Made by a program: the position numbers and the translations under genes
Shown here: positions 8,306 through 17,194 of the stretch, piece by piece
Layout of the letters: every line of letters starts with the position of its first letter
Numbering within the stretch: position 1 is the first letter of the stretch
From: Candidatus Beckwithbacteria bacterium
GTDB taxonomy: Bacteria > Patescibacteriota > Microgenomatia > UBA1400 > UBA1449
Reading direction: 5' to 3'
DNA length: 32,688 bases
Assembly: GCA_012798485.1 (NCBI GenBank)
Contig: JAAZND010000027.1
Coordinates: 1 to 32,688, forward strand
The notes under the pieces: model-generated
The model's database searches: none
What the model saw: only the letters and a program-made list of their open reading frames with translations
What the model was told of the DNA's origin: nothing

Positions 8306-8495
8306 TTTTATAACCGTTATTATTGGATTAATCTTTTCACCTCTTGCCGCTATTATGGCTTTTATTATTACTTATCAAGAATACTCACATCACTTTTCAG
8401 ATAAGAAAGAGCCTTTAAAATTATCTAGTCAAGCAGCCTTAATGACATTAATCTTTTTTTTAATTCTCTGTTTAATTATTGGTTTGTTAATTTAG
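8295..8495 (+). CDS. Small two-TM membrane protein, translationally coupled to the dynamin gene
   Basis: Start overlaps the dynamin end by 11 nt. Two hydrophobic helices flank the polar loop TYQEYSHHFSDKKEP. Confidence 0.75.
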   Translation: MNFNFITVIIGLIFSPLAAIMAFIITYQEYSHHFSDKKEPLKLSSQAALMTLIFFLILCLIIGLLI

Positions 8496-8508
8496 ACTAT
8501 TGCTACTT

Positions 8509-9381
8509 TTATTCAAATAATGGTAAATCATATTTTTCTAAATGTTTTAAAATAGTCACCGCCTGATAAGTTTGCTCAATATTGGCAATCCCAATAAATT
8601 GGGAGCGAGCAAAGCCACCATTTCCTTTCTGGCAAGCAATTAAAAAAGATAATAAAGAAGATTGTCTGGGAATTGAAATCTTTAATAAAATAAAACTCTC
8701 AACTGCCCAAAAATATTCCTCTAAATAATTAGCTCTCTCTATTTGTCTTTTTAAAAAATTTATAGTTTTTTTTAGTTTTACTAAGGGATAGTTAAGTTTT
8801 TTAAGAATTTTTAAGGCATAATATGTTGTAGATAATTCTGAACCTTTTATATTTCCAAAACCACCATCTGTATTTTCCAACGATAAAATGAAGTCAATAA
8901 TATTTTGATTTGCTTCATTTATATTAAAATTTTTACATAAAAAGGTTAAATAATATAAATCTTTTACTTCTCCTTCAACCAAGTCTAGGTAAAGCGTGTT
9001 GACTGAATTATCAGATAGTAAAAATTTTGTTTCAGCTTTAGCCTTAAATTTCTTTTTTTTAAAAATGTTTTTATTTGTAGTATTTTCTAAAATAAAAGGG
9101 GAGTATTTTTTAAATTCACTAATATCAATTTTTAATGCTTTATATGTTTGAACTGCAAAAAACAAAGATGAAATACACTTTAAATTTCCCTCCTTATCTT
9201 CATTTTTAAAAAAACGCATAATTTCGCTTATGGGTATTTGTTTACTATTAAGTAGTTTAAGCGTTTCCACAGCACACATGGTGTCTAAGGCAGATGATGG
9301 TGTAACTCTGGCAAAAAAATAACCACCATCCGAAAGATGGCGAGCCTGGAGATATTGAATAATGTGATTTTTATTAAACAT
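8509..9381 (-). CDS. Prenyltransferase/squalene-cyclase-repeat (alpha/alpha barrel) protein
   Basis: Three PFTB-like repeats: YLQARHLSDGGY..DTMCAV, FILSLENTDGGFG..TTYYAL, FLIACQKGNGGFA..QTYQAV. Confidence 0.8.
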   Translation of the reverse strand: MFNKNHIIQYLQARHLSDGGYFFARVTPSSALDTMCAVETLKLLNSKQIPISEIMRFFKNEDKEGNLKCISSLFFAVQTYKALKIDISEFKKYSPFILENTTNKNIFKKKKFKAKAETKFLLSDNSVNTLYLDLVEGEVKDLYYLTFLCKNFNINEANQNIIDFILSLENTDGGFGNIKGSELSTTYYALKILKKLNYPLVKLKKTINFLKRQIERANYLEEYFWAVESFILLKISIPRQSSLLSFLIACQKGNGGFARSQFIGIANIEQTYQAVTILKHLEKYDLPLFE

Positions 9382-9464
9382 AAAAAAGCTCCTACTAAAT
9401 TTTATAATAGTAGAAGCTATTAGTTTCTGTTTTCGGTAGAAACAATTAGGTGAGCCTCATCACA
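9382..9464 (-). promoter_or_regulatory. Fluoride (crcB-class) riboswitch with terminator, upstream of the barrel-protein gene
   Basis: Minus strand GTGA-TGAGGC-TCAC (P1), P2 GTTTCT/AGAAAC, 3' CTAATAGCTTCTAC. Terminator AGCTTCTACTA-N10-TAGTAGGAGCT-TTTTT abuts the ATG. Confidence 0.87.
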
Positions 9465-9532
9465 ATAATATTTTTATATTATCATAAAAAACTAGTCTTT
9501 TGCAAAATTAAGTTCATAAATAAGTTTAAAGA

Positions 9533-10171
9533 CTAAAAAAGTTTTGCCAGTCTCTGAAGTCTAAAAAGGTTTTTGGGGTAATTTTGCCAAAGATAAGAAT
9601 TAACCGCCACACCATCAGCTCTCGCCTGAAAACATTGTTTGGCACTATCAAAGTTTATTCCACCGTCAATAATAATTTCCGCTTTTTTTCGGCAGTTTTG
9701 CCGTACATAGTTTATTTTCTCTAAAACTGAAGAATTAAATTTTTGATGAGCAAACCCAGCTTTTACAGCCATTAATAAAATCTGATCAAATTGATTTAAT
9801 AAAGGAACTTTAACCTTGAAAATATCTGTATCCAAATCAATTGCAATTCCTGTTCTTATTTTTTTCTCCCTTAATTCTTGTAAAAAATTTTTTACTTCTT
9901 TTAGTTTTTCAAGGTGGATGGTAATCAAACTCACTTTATTTTCAAGGCAAATTGCAATCCAATCCATGGGGTTTTCCACCATCAAATGAACATCACAATT
10001 GATGTTTTCAAAACTCATTAACCATTGATTGGGAAGAATAGTTTGATTATCCGCAAAGTTTTTTTCAATAACGTCAATTTGAATTCTGTTACCATATTGC
10101 AGGGATTTTAAAATTTTATGACTAAAAGCAGGATATTCTTTTTCTAGAATAGTTGGGATTATTTGTTTCAT
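9533..10171 (-). CDS. rpe: Ribulose-phosphate 3-epimerase
   Basis: IIPTIL, QIDV, DVHLMVENP, LLMAVKAGF..Q, DGGIN. Confidence 0.88.
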   Translation of the reverse strand: MKQIIPTILEKEYPAFSHKILKSLQYGNRIQIDVIEKNFADNQTILPNQWLMSFENINCDVHLMVENPMDWIAICLENKVSLITIHLEKLKEVKNFLQELREKKIRTGIAIDLDTDIFKVKVPLLNQFDQILLMAVKAGFAHQKFNSSVLEKINYVRQNCRKKAEIIIDGGINFDSAKQCFQARADGVAVNSYLWQNYPKNLFRLQRLAKLF

Positions 10172-10183
10172 AAGAAAAAATTT

Positions 10184-11380
10184 TTATTGCTCTAAAATTT
10201 CAATTCCTGGTAAATTACCTTTTTCAATATATTCAAGCATAGCTCCCCCACCAGTGGAGATATGGGTAATATTTTCTAAGTGATTATGTCCCTCAATGCT
10301 TGAAAGTGTATCTCCACCACCCACAATACTGATCAAATGTTTATGAGCAATAATAGCTTCGTAAACTGCTTCTGTGCCTCTAGCAAAAGCCTTAACCTCA
10401 TTAACTCCCATTGGGCCATTCCAAATTACAGTTTTAGCCTCGGCAATAATGCGAGCATATTCTCTCTGGGTTTGTCTGCCAATATCTAAAATTTGAAATT
10501 GTTTTGGCATTTCCTCTATTACCACTTCTCCAATTTTCACTCCAGAAGACAAGTTTCCAACAATAGCATCAGTAGGCATAAAAAGCTTGGTGTCAGCTCT
10601 TGTGGCTTTCCAGATTAAGCTCTGGCAAATACGTAAGGATTCCGGAGAATACATAGATCTACCAATATGAAAACCAAAGGCTTTAAGAAAAGTATTGGCT
10701 ACTCCTCCACCCAACAAAACATAATCAGCCATGGTCATTAATTTTTCCAAAACTGGAATTTTGGTAGCAGCCTTAGCCCCACCCACAATTGCTACCAGTG
10801 GTCTTTGTGTTTCTTTAATTGCCTTACCTATCATTTCTATCTCTGTTTGTAGTAAATAACCAGCATAAGAAGGCAGTATTTCTGCAATTCCCACCACACT
10901 ACTATGAGCTCGATGACAGGAACCAAAAGCATCATTGACAAAAATATCTCCCAGTTGCGCTAATTTTGCTGAAAAACTGCGGGAATTAATTTCTTCACCC
11001 AGTTCAAATCTCACGTTTTCAAGCATAATTACCTCACCATTTTGACAGTCTAAAATTTTCTCTCTTTCAGCAAGACTATGATACTTTTCAGCAAAAATCA
11101 CATTTCTTTTAATTTGTTTTTGCAAATACAAAGCAATCGGGCGCAAAGAAAATTCTTCACTTGCCACACCAGGCTCTGGTCTTCCAAAATGAGACATAAT
11201 AACCAATCTTTTGGGTTTTTGCTTCAAAATATAATCAATTGTTTTTAAAGACAAACCAATACGCGTATCATCTTTTACCCTATATTCTCCATTTTCTTTT
11301 TTGACTGGAACATTGTAATCAACTCTTAAAACCACCCCCTTGTTCTCCAACTTAATATCTTGAATTTTTCTAAGTTTCAT
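10184..11380 (-). CDS. pgk: Phosphoglycerate kinase
   Basis: RVDYNVP, SHFGRP, LENVRF, NDAFGSCHRAHSS, WNGPMG, STGGGAMLEY. Confidence 0.97.
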   Translation of the reverse strand: MKLRKIQDIKLENKGVVLRVDYNVPVKKENGEYRVKDDTRIGLSLKTIDYILKQKPKRLVIMSHFGRPEPGVASEEFSLRPIALYLQKQIKRNVIFAEKYHSLAEREKILDCQNGEVIMLENVRFELGEEINSRSFSAKLAQLGDIFVNDAFGSCHRAHSSVVGIAEILPSYAGYLLQTEIEMIGKAIKETQRPLVAIVGGAKAATKIPVLEKLMTMADYVLLGGGVANTFLKAFGFHIGRSMYSPESLRICQSLIWKATRADTKLFMPTDAIVGNLSSGVKIGEVVIEEMPKQFQILDIGRQTQREYARIIAEAKTVIWNGPMGVNEVKAFARGTEAVYEAIIAHKHLISIVGGGDTLSSIEGHNHLENITHISTGGGAMLEYIEKGNLPGIEILEQ

Positions 11381-11523
11381 ATTTGAAAAGGTTTTACAAA
11401 ATAACTCTGGGTTTTTTATAAATCTCTCTTATTTATATTTATAGTTTTAAAATAAAGCTATTTTTATTTAACCACAAAAAAGAAAAGATATTCAATTGGA
11501 ACTTTTATTGTTATACTTTTATT

Positions 11524-12834
11524 ATGCAACAACACCCTATTCCTCAGAATGTTTCTAAATATCAGTTTCGTCTTATAGGCGATATGACCATCAAACAGTT
11601 TGCTTTTTTAGGTGGTGGCATTATCCTAGCTTTCTTGGCTTATAAATTTCCCCTGCTTCCCACCATTTTAAGGCTGCCATTTGCTTTTGCTTTTGCTGCA
11701 TCTGGGGCAATGATTGCATTTGTGCCTTACGAAGAAAGAACGCTGGATATTTGGATTGTTAATTTTTTTAAATCCATTTATACTCCCACTCAATTTTTAT
11801 GGAAAAAGAGACTGGAATTGCCAGATTATTTTAATTTTAAAAAAAAATACAAACATGATTATGTGAGATCAGAGTTTTCCCAAAATGATAAAACTCAACT
11901 AGAAAAATACATTAACTCCCTCAACGCCAACCACGATGATCCTTTTAGCAAGGTGGAAAATCAAAAGATACAACAGATCAATAATTTGTTTAATCCAAAC
12001 CCTGTAAGTTTTGCCAATATTTCTAATCAATATTTTAAAACTAGCAACAACACCCCTCACGCTAACAGCTCCCTCATTAGGCCATCTCAACAGCCAATAG
12101 TAAGAATTCCTTCCCTAACTCAGGTAAGTCGTCCCACAACAGCTCCAGTTCCACAGGCAAAAATCAATAATTTACCCCCAACTCATGATCAAGTGGCTAA
12201 AACTATACAAGACCCCAAGTCACAACCAGCAATAACTATAAATAATCCAGTTAGATCAGCTATCAATATTCCAAGACAACAAGTTGTTTTTAAACAACCC
12301 TTTGCTCAAAAACAAACACCACAAATACCCTCTCAAAACACCACTCCCGATATATTGCCAAACCCAGTTGTAAAACCCAAGCAAGAAACAGTGATAAAAA
12401 TAGATACAACCCAACAAATCAACCAGAAACCCACAATAAAAATTCAGGCAGCACCATCACTCACTCCACCTATAAAAATGAAAAGTCTTTTTCCTGATAA
12501 AAACCCTAAAAAAATAGAACCACAATACCTATCAGATATCCAAATGCCTATTAATCCAGATGTTGCCAATACCATTGTGGGTATCACCATCGATACCCAC
12601 AACAAATTAATTACTAATGCTATTCTGGAGGTCTTGGATAAAAACAACCTTCCTATAAGAGCTTTTAAATCAAATGCTGTGGGACAGTTTTTTGTCTCTA
12701 CTCCAATAAAAAATGGCACCTATACAATAAACACTGAGCATCCAGATTATATTTTTGATACAATAAAGTTTGAGGCCAGCGGTAAAATTATCGCTCCTCT
12801 TAAAGTTGTGGGGAAACCCAAAAACAATCTATAA
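11524..12834 (+). CDS. PrgI-family membrane protein with Pro/Gln-rich linker and C-terminal beta-sandwich domain
   Basis: HPIPQNV..YQFRLIGDMTIKQF followed by two TMs (PrgI), a low-complexity P/Q/T linker, and a carboxypeptidase-regulatory-like end (G.....NAILEV....RAFKSNAVGQF....NGTY). Confidence 0.8.
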   Translation: MQQHPIPQNVSKYQFRLIGDMTIKQFAFLGGGIILAFLAYKFPLLPTILRLPFAFAFAASGAMIAFVPYEERTLDIWIVNFFKSIYTPTQFLWKKRLELPDYFNFKKKYKHDYVRSEFSQNDKTQLEKYINSLNANHDDPFSKVENQKIQQINNLFNPNPVSFANISNQYFKTSNNTPHANSSLIRPSQQPIVRIPSLTQVSRPTTAPVPQAKINNLPPTHDQVAKTIQDPKSQPAITINNPVRSAINIPRQQVVFKQPFAQKQTPQIPSQNTTPDILPNPVVKPKQETVIKIDTTQQINQKPTIKIQAAPSLTPPIKMKSLFPDKNPKKIEPQYLSDIQMPINPDVANTIVGITIDTHNKLITNAILEVLDKNNLPIRAFKSNAVGQFFVSTPIKNGTYTINTEHPDYIFDTIKFEASGKIIAPLKVVGKPKNNL

Positions 12835-12837
12835 AAC

Positions 12838-13965
12838 ATGCCCAATATTGCCATTCCTATCAAAGCCAGTACTCAGGAACATCTTGATATTGAAGACATT
12901 CAAGATGACATTGTTATTCTCAAAACTGGAGCTTGCAGTTTAATTATTCAAGTAACAGCTATTAATTTTGGTTTATTATCTGAGGAGGAACAAGATGCGA
13001 TTATTTTTGCCTATGCTGCTCTTTTAAATTCTCTCAATTTCCAGATTCAAATCCTCATTAGATCTAATATTAAAGATGTCACAGACTATATTCGCCTAGT
13101 ACAAAAACAGGAGCAAAAATTAAGCCAACAAATCAACACCACCAATATAACTGACCAAAAAAGACGCAAAATGCTTTTATTAACTCAACTGCAAAAATAT
13201 CGTGAATTTGTCGAAAGAACCGTAAGGGATAATCAGGTGTTAGATAAAAAATTTTATATCTGTATTCCTTTTTCCGTTTTGGAATTGGGCTTATCAACTA
13301 CTTTATCAGATAATTTTAAAAAAAATAAAAAATTGCCTTTTCCCAAATCTTATATTTTAGAAAAGGCTAAAATGTCCCTTTACCCAAGGCGTGATCATCT
13401 TTTTAGACAATTTGGTCGGCTTGGTCTTCAAACTAGACAACTTAACACCCAACAACTACTGGAGCTGTTTTACAATTTTTACAACCTTGAATCTATTGGC
13501 CAAAGATTTATTCCTTCAAAAGAATACAACACCCCAATTGTTCAAGCGGGTTTAGGTAAAGATAAAAAAGGTAGCTATTATCAAGAGCCAAAAAATCCTT
13601 TTCAAAGGTTTGAGACGGGCAATTTGGGAAACATCACCCCAACGGGTTCAGCCACTGCTTTCCCAGGCAAAACTAAACGCGACAACATTCAATTTAACCA
13701 AAGTTTTCTTAACCCCAACCAAAACAACCCTTCTACCACCCAACCAATGAATCCTAATCAGGTTATGGGGGTAAATAATTATCAAAAACCCCAGAACCCG
13801 GCTTCTCCAACCACTAATAATATGACTGCCCTCAATCAAACTCAAACCATCAGCACTGGAGTTTTATCAAAACTAACACCAAATCAAAATAGCAAAACAG
13901 TTTTTGAAAAACCCAAACCCACCAAAGCCGATCAAAGCTTTGGTTATGACCAAGCTAATTATTAA
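12838..13965 (+). CDS. T4SS-associated protein resembling the VirB4/TraC N-terminal region, with disordered N/Q/T/P tail
   Basis: STQEHLDIEDIQDDIVILK, INFGLLSEEEQDAII..Y..LLNSL.F.IQI; lies between the prgI and virB4 genes. Confidence 0.7.
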   Translation: MPNIAIPIKASTQEHLDIEDIQDDIVILKTGACSLIIQVTAINFGLLSEEEQDAIIFAYAALLNSLNFQIQILIRSNIKDVTDYIRLVQKQEQKLSQQINTTNITDQKRRKMLLLTQLQKYREFVERTVRDNQVLDKKFYICIPFSVLELGLSTTLSDNFKKNKKLPFPKSYILEKAKMSLYPRRDHLFRQFGRLGLQTRQLNTQQLLELFYNFYNLESIGQRFIPSKEYNTPIVQAGLGKDKKGSYYQEPKNPFQRFETGNLGNITPTGSATAFPGKTKRDNIQFNQSFLNPNQNNPSTTQPMNPNQVMGVNNYQKPQNPASPTTNNMTALNQTQTISTGVLSKLTPNQNSKTVFEKPKPTKADQSFGYDQANY

Positions 13966-13981
13966 TTATAAAAATAAAACT

Positions 13982-15799
13982 ATGGCACTATTTTCTTTTC
14001 CTTTAGGAAAGGGGCGTAAACCAGAAACAAAAGACCCAGAACAACAACAACTCGAGGAGGCGCAAAACAAAATTACTAAAGGCTTAACCTCTATTCAAGA
14101 TATTATTGCCCCCCCCTCTATTGAGGTTGACTTTTCCGATCTCAAAATCGGACAACTTTTTTACCGCACTCTTTTTGTGGCTGGCTATCCCAGATTTGTT
14201 AGCGCCAACTGGTTGGCTCCATTAATTAACTTCGATCATCCTCTTTCCATTTCGATGTTTATTTACCCGGTTGATGGTAAGGGTATTTTAGATGAACTAA
14301 AAAAGAAAATTGGCGAAATGGAGGCAGAAATTCAAACCGACCTACAAAGAGGTAAGATTCCCGATATTTCTACTCAAGTTCAACTGGAAGACGCCAAAAA
14401 TCTTCAAGAACAACTTGCCAAGGGAGCTGAAAGATTTTTTCAATTTGGTTTGTATGTCACAATCCCGGCAGAAAGCAAGAAGGAGTTGGATTTTATTACC
14501 AAGCAAGTCCAGTCTAATCTTGGGGCGCTTTTGATTATTTCCAAACCTGCCACACTCCAAATGGAAGAGGCTTTCAAAACCACTATTCCCATCTGTGAAG
14601 ACAAGTTGCAAATTCATCGAAACATGGATACCACTTCTCTAGCTACCACCTTCCCCTTTACCTCTTCTGAGTTAACAGACAACAAGGGCATTATGTATGG
14701 CATTAACGCCCACAACGACTCTTTGATTATTTTTGACCGTTTTTCTCTAGAAAACGCTAATAGTGTGGTTTTTGCCAAATCCGGCGCGGGAAAGTCTTAT
14801 ACTATCAAACTTGAGGCATTAAGATCAATGTTTTTTGATACCGAAGTTATTGTTATTGATCCAGAAGCAGAATATAAAAATCTCTGTGAAATTGTGGGTG
14901 GTGAACATATCACTTTTTCTTTCAATTCTCCCGCAAAACTTAATCCTTTTGACCTTTCTCAAGTTTATGAAGAAGGCGAAAACGAATTAGGTTTAAAAAT
15001 TTTATCCCTACATTCCTTATTTAAAATTATTATGGGAGATATCACCCCCATTGAAGAAGCCATTCTTGATCGAGCCCTAGTTTTAACCTATAAACAGAAA
15101 GAGATAACTCCAGATCCACAAACCCAAAGCAAAGAACCACCACTTTTGGAAGATTTGTATAAGGTTTTAATTGGGATGGAAGAACAAAAAGCTGCTTCCA
15201 TGGCTGCTAGGATTGAAAAGTTTCTTAAAGGAAGTTTAAAGGGAATTATTGACCAACACTCAAATGTGGATCTTGGTAATCAGTTTACTGTTTTTGATAT
15301 TAAAGAGTTAAGCGATGAATTAAGACCAATCGCCATGTTTATCATTCTTGACTATATTTGGACAAAAGTTAAAAAAGATCTTAAAAAAAGACTTCTAATT
15401 GTAGATGAGGCATGGTATTTGATGAAATACCCAGATTCAGCCCTCTTCCTTTATGGAATGGCAAAAAGAGCAAGAAAATATTATTTGGGGGTCACAACCA
15501 TCACTCAAGATGTTGAGGATTTTTTAGCTACCGATATGGGCAAGGCCATTGTCACCAACTCCTCTATTCAGGTTTTAATGAAACAATCCAGCGCAGCTAT
15601 TGATAAACTAGTTAAGGTTTTTTACCTTTCTCAGGGAGAGAAAAATCTACTTTTGTCGGCTGGCGTTGGTGAGGGTTTGTTTTTTGCTGGAGCCAACCAT
15701 GTGGCCATGAGGGTGGTTGCCTCTCCAGAAGAGCATCGGTTAATCACCTCAAACCCACAGGAAATTTTGGAAACAAAACAAGCAACCAACTATGGTTAA
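13982..15799 (+). CDS. virB4: VirB4/TraC-family conjugation-type ATPase
   Basis: Walker A AKSGAGKS, IDPEAEY, LNPF, Walker B IVDEAW, RARKY, TQ. ATG 13982 is preferred over the track's TTG start at 13904. Confidence 0.88.
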   Translation: MALFSFPLGKGRKPETKDPEQQQLEEAQNKITKGLTSIQDIIAPPSIEVDFSDLKIGQLFYRTLFVAGYPRFVSANWLAPLINFDHPLSISMFIYPVDGKGILDELKKKIGEMEAEIQTDLQRGKIPDISTQVQLEDAKNLQEQLAKGAERFFQFGLYVTIPAESKKELDFITKQVQSNLGALLIISKPATLQMEEAFKTTIPICEDKLQIHRNMDTTSLATTFPFTSSELTDNKGIMYGINAHNDSLIIFDRFSLENANSVVFAKSGAGKSYTIKLEALRSMFFDTEVIVIDPEAEYKNLCEIVGGEHITFSFNSPAKLNPFDLSQVYEEGENELGLKILSLHSLFKIIMGDITPIEEAILDRALVLTYKQKEITPDPQTQSKEPPLLEDLYKVLIGMEEQKAASMAARIEKFLKGSLKGIIDQHSNVDLGNQFTVFDIKELSDELRPIAMFIILDYIWTKVKKDLKKRLLIVDEAWYLMKYPDSALFLYGMAKRARKYYLGVTTITQDVEDFLATDMGKAIVTNSSIQVLMKQSSAAIDKLVKVFYLSQGEKNLLLSAGVGEGLFFAGANHVAMRVVASPEEHRLITSNPQEILETKQATNYG

Positions 15800-16899
15800 T
15801 CCAGTTTTACGGGCATAATAATGTGTAATAAATTCTTGTCTTCTTTATTTCTTAAAACCACAGGGGCTAAGCTACCATTAAAAGTAATTTCGGTTATGCC
15901 ATTTTCCACCAGATTGAAAAAGTCCAAGAGATAATGAAAGTTAAAACCCACAATTAAACCATCCCCCTCTTGATTTATATCCACAGAAACCTCCCCTTCT
16001 CCACTAAAATTTGCCTGGGTCAACATTTTTAACTTTTTTTTCTCAATTTCCCACTTTACAATATTGGCGCTTTGTCTTGCAAACACCGCCATTTGTTTAA
16101 CCGCAAAAAGAAGGTCTTCTTTGTCTCCGGTAATTTTTAAAGAAAAACTTTCGGGAATAATTTTGCGAAAATTAGGATAGTCTCCTTGTAAAATTCTGAT
16201 AGAAACAATCCTATCTTCTCCCCTGATCCACAATTGTCCTTGTGTCTTATCAAATCCCAAGCTAATGTTTTCACCTTCAATATCTTTGATAATTTCCAGA
16301 AGTAATTTGGCTGGAATCACTAAATCTCTTTCCCACCCCCCTTCAAATTCAAGAGAGCTCAAACTCAACCTGAATCCATCGGTTCCAATTAATTGCAACA
16401 AGTTGCCCTCTTGATGGAAAAGGATACCTGTCAAGATTGGTCTAGAATCGTCGGTAGCCACAGAAGGGGTGGTTTTTTTTAGGGCCTCATTAAATTTTTC
16501 TGCTTTAATAAGAATTTTTTGTTCGGTTTCTTCTATTTTAAAATCCGGGTAGTCATTAAAATCAACCAAAGGGAAACTAGCCTTGCTTTGCTTTTGTTCT
16601 ACAATAATCTTATCTTTGGTAAAATTTAAAAAAACCACTCCATCTCTCAATGTTTGTAAGTATTCCAAGATTGTGCCCACATTAATAGCATAAACCCCTT
16701 CTTTGCCTTTTTCCTTATTTTCAATCTTGACATTAACCATGATGGCGGAGTTTAGATCGGTGGCTCTTATTTCCAGGTTGTTGTTTTTGATTTTAAGTAA
16801 GGCGTTGTTTAGAATGGGTAATTGAGGATTATTTTTAATGATTCTTAGACTAATTTGTAACGCCTTTTTAAAACTAGAATTATTTAAAGATATTTTCAT
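15796..16899 (-). CDS. dnaN: DNA polymerase III beta clamp
   Basis: LPILNN, ATDL, SRPILTG, TDGFRL, GDYPNF, IMPV; located downstream of dnaA. Confidence 0.96.
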   Translation of the reverse strand: MKISLNNSSFKKALQISLRIIKNNPQLPILNNALLKIKNNNLEIRATDLNSAIMVNVKIENKEKGKEGVYAINVGTILEYLQTLRDGVVFLNFTKDKIIVEQKQSKASFPLVDFNDYPDFKIEETEQKILIKAEKFNEALKKTTPSVATDDSRPILTGILFHQEGNLLQLIGTDGFRLSLSSLEFEGGWERDLVIPAKLLLEIIKDIEGENISLGFDKTQGQLWIRGEDRIVSIRILQGDYPNFRKIIPESFSLKITGDKEDLLFAVKQMAVFARQSANIVKWEIEKKKLKMLTQANFSGEGEVSVDINQEGDGLIVGFNFHYLLDFFNLVENGITEITFNGSLAPVVLRNKEDKNLLHIIMPVKLD

Positions 16900-16959
16900 A
16901 TTTTACTTCCTTTTCTTATTTTAACTTTTGAACAATTTATTATAAACGATAAAAAACAA

Positions 16960-17194
16960 AAACATATATATTTATATTAGTAGTTATTAGCAGGCTTGTG
17001 GATATGTTGAAAAAAGCATTTTTTCAGGCTTTAATAACTGTGGAAAACTGGTTGACAAGTTGTTTAAAAGATTTTTTACTTTTTTAAAATTATTCCCTTC
17101 TTTTCCACAAAAACAAGCAGGTTGTTTAAAAAACACAACGTTTTTCAACAGTTTTTCTACAAAATTTCAACACCTTATCCACAAGTTATCAACA
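16960..17194. other. oriC: DnaA-box cluster, DnaA-trios and AT-rich unwinding region
   Basis: TTATCCACA 17175-17183, TTATCAACA 17186-17194, TTTTCCACA 17101-17109, TTTTCAACA 17142-17150. Reverse boxes TGTGGATAT 16997-17005, TGTTGAAAA 17005-17013, TGTGGAAAA 17039-17047. TAG-type trios at ~16975-16992 next to a TATATA tract. Confidence 0.9.

Noticed and set aside
6548-9381. Module as an anti-phage defence system
   Set aside because: Some dynamin-like proteins limit phage spread, but the only direct evidence here (two riboswitches) points to fluoride; not excluded, just unsupported.
6511-9423. Identical 15-mer in inverted orientation (6511-6525 and 9409-9423) as transposon terminal inverted repeats
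   Set aside because: Both copies are the conserved 3' strand of fluoride aptamers, and no transposase lies between them.
6446-9545. ACTAAAAAA(A)G at both islet borders as a target-site duplication
   Set aside because: Low complexity and imperfect; expected by chance in AT-rich DNA.
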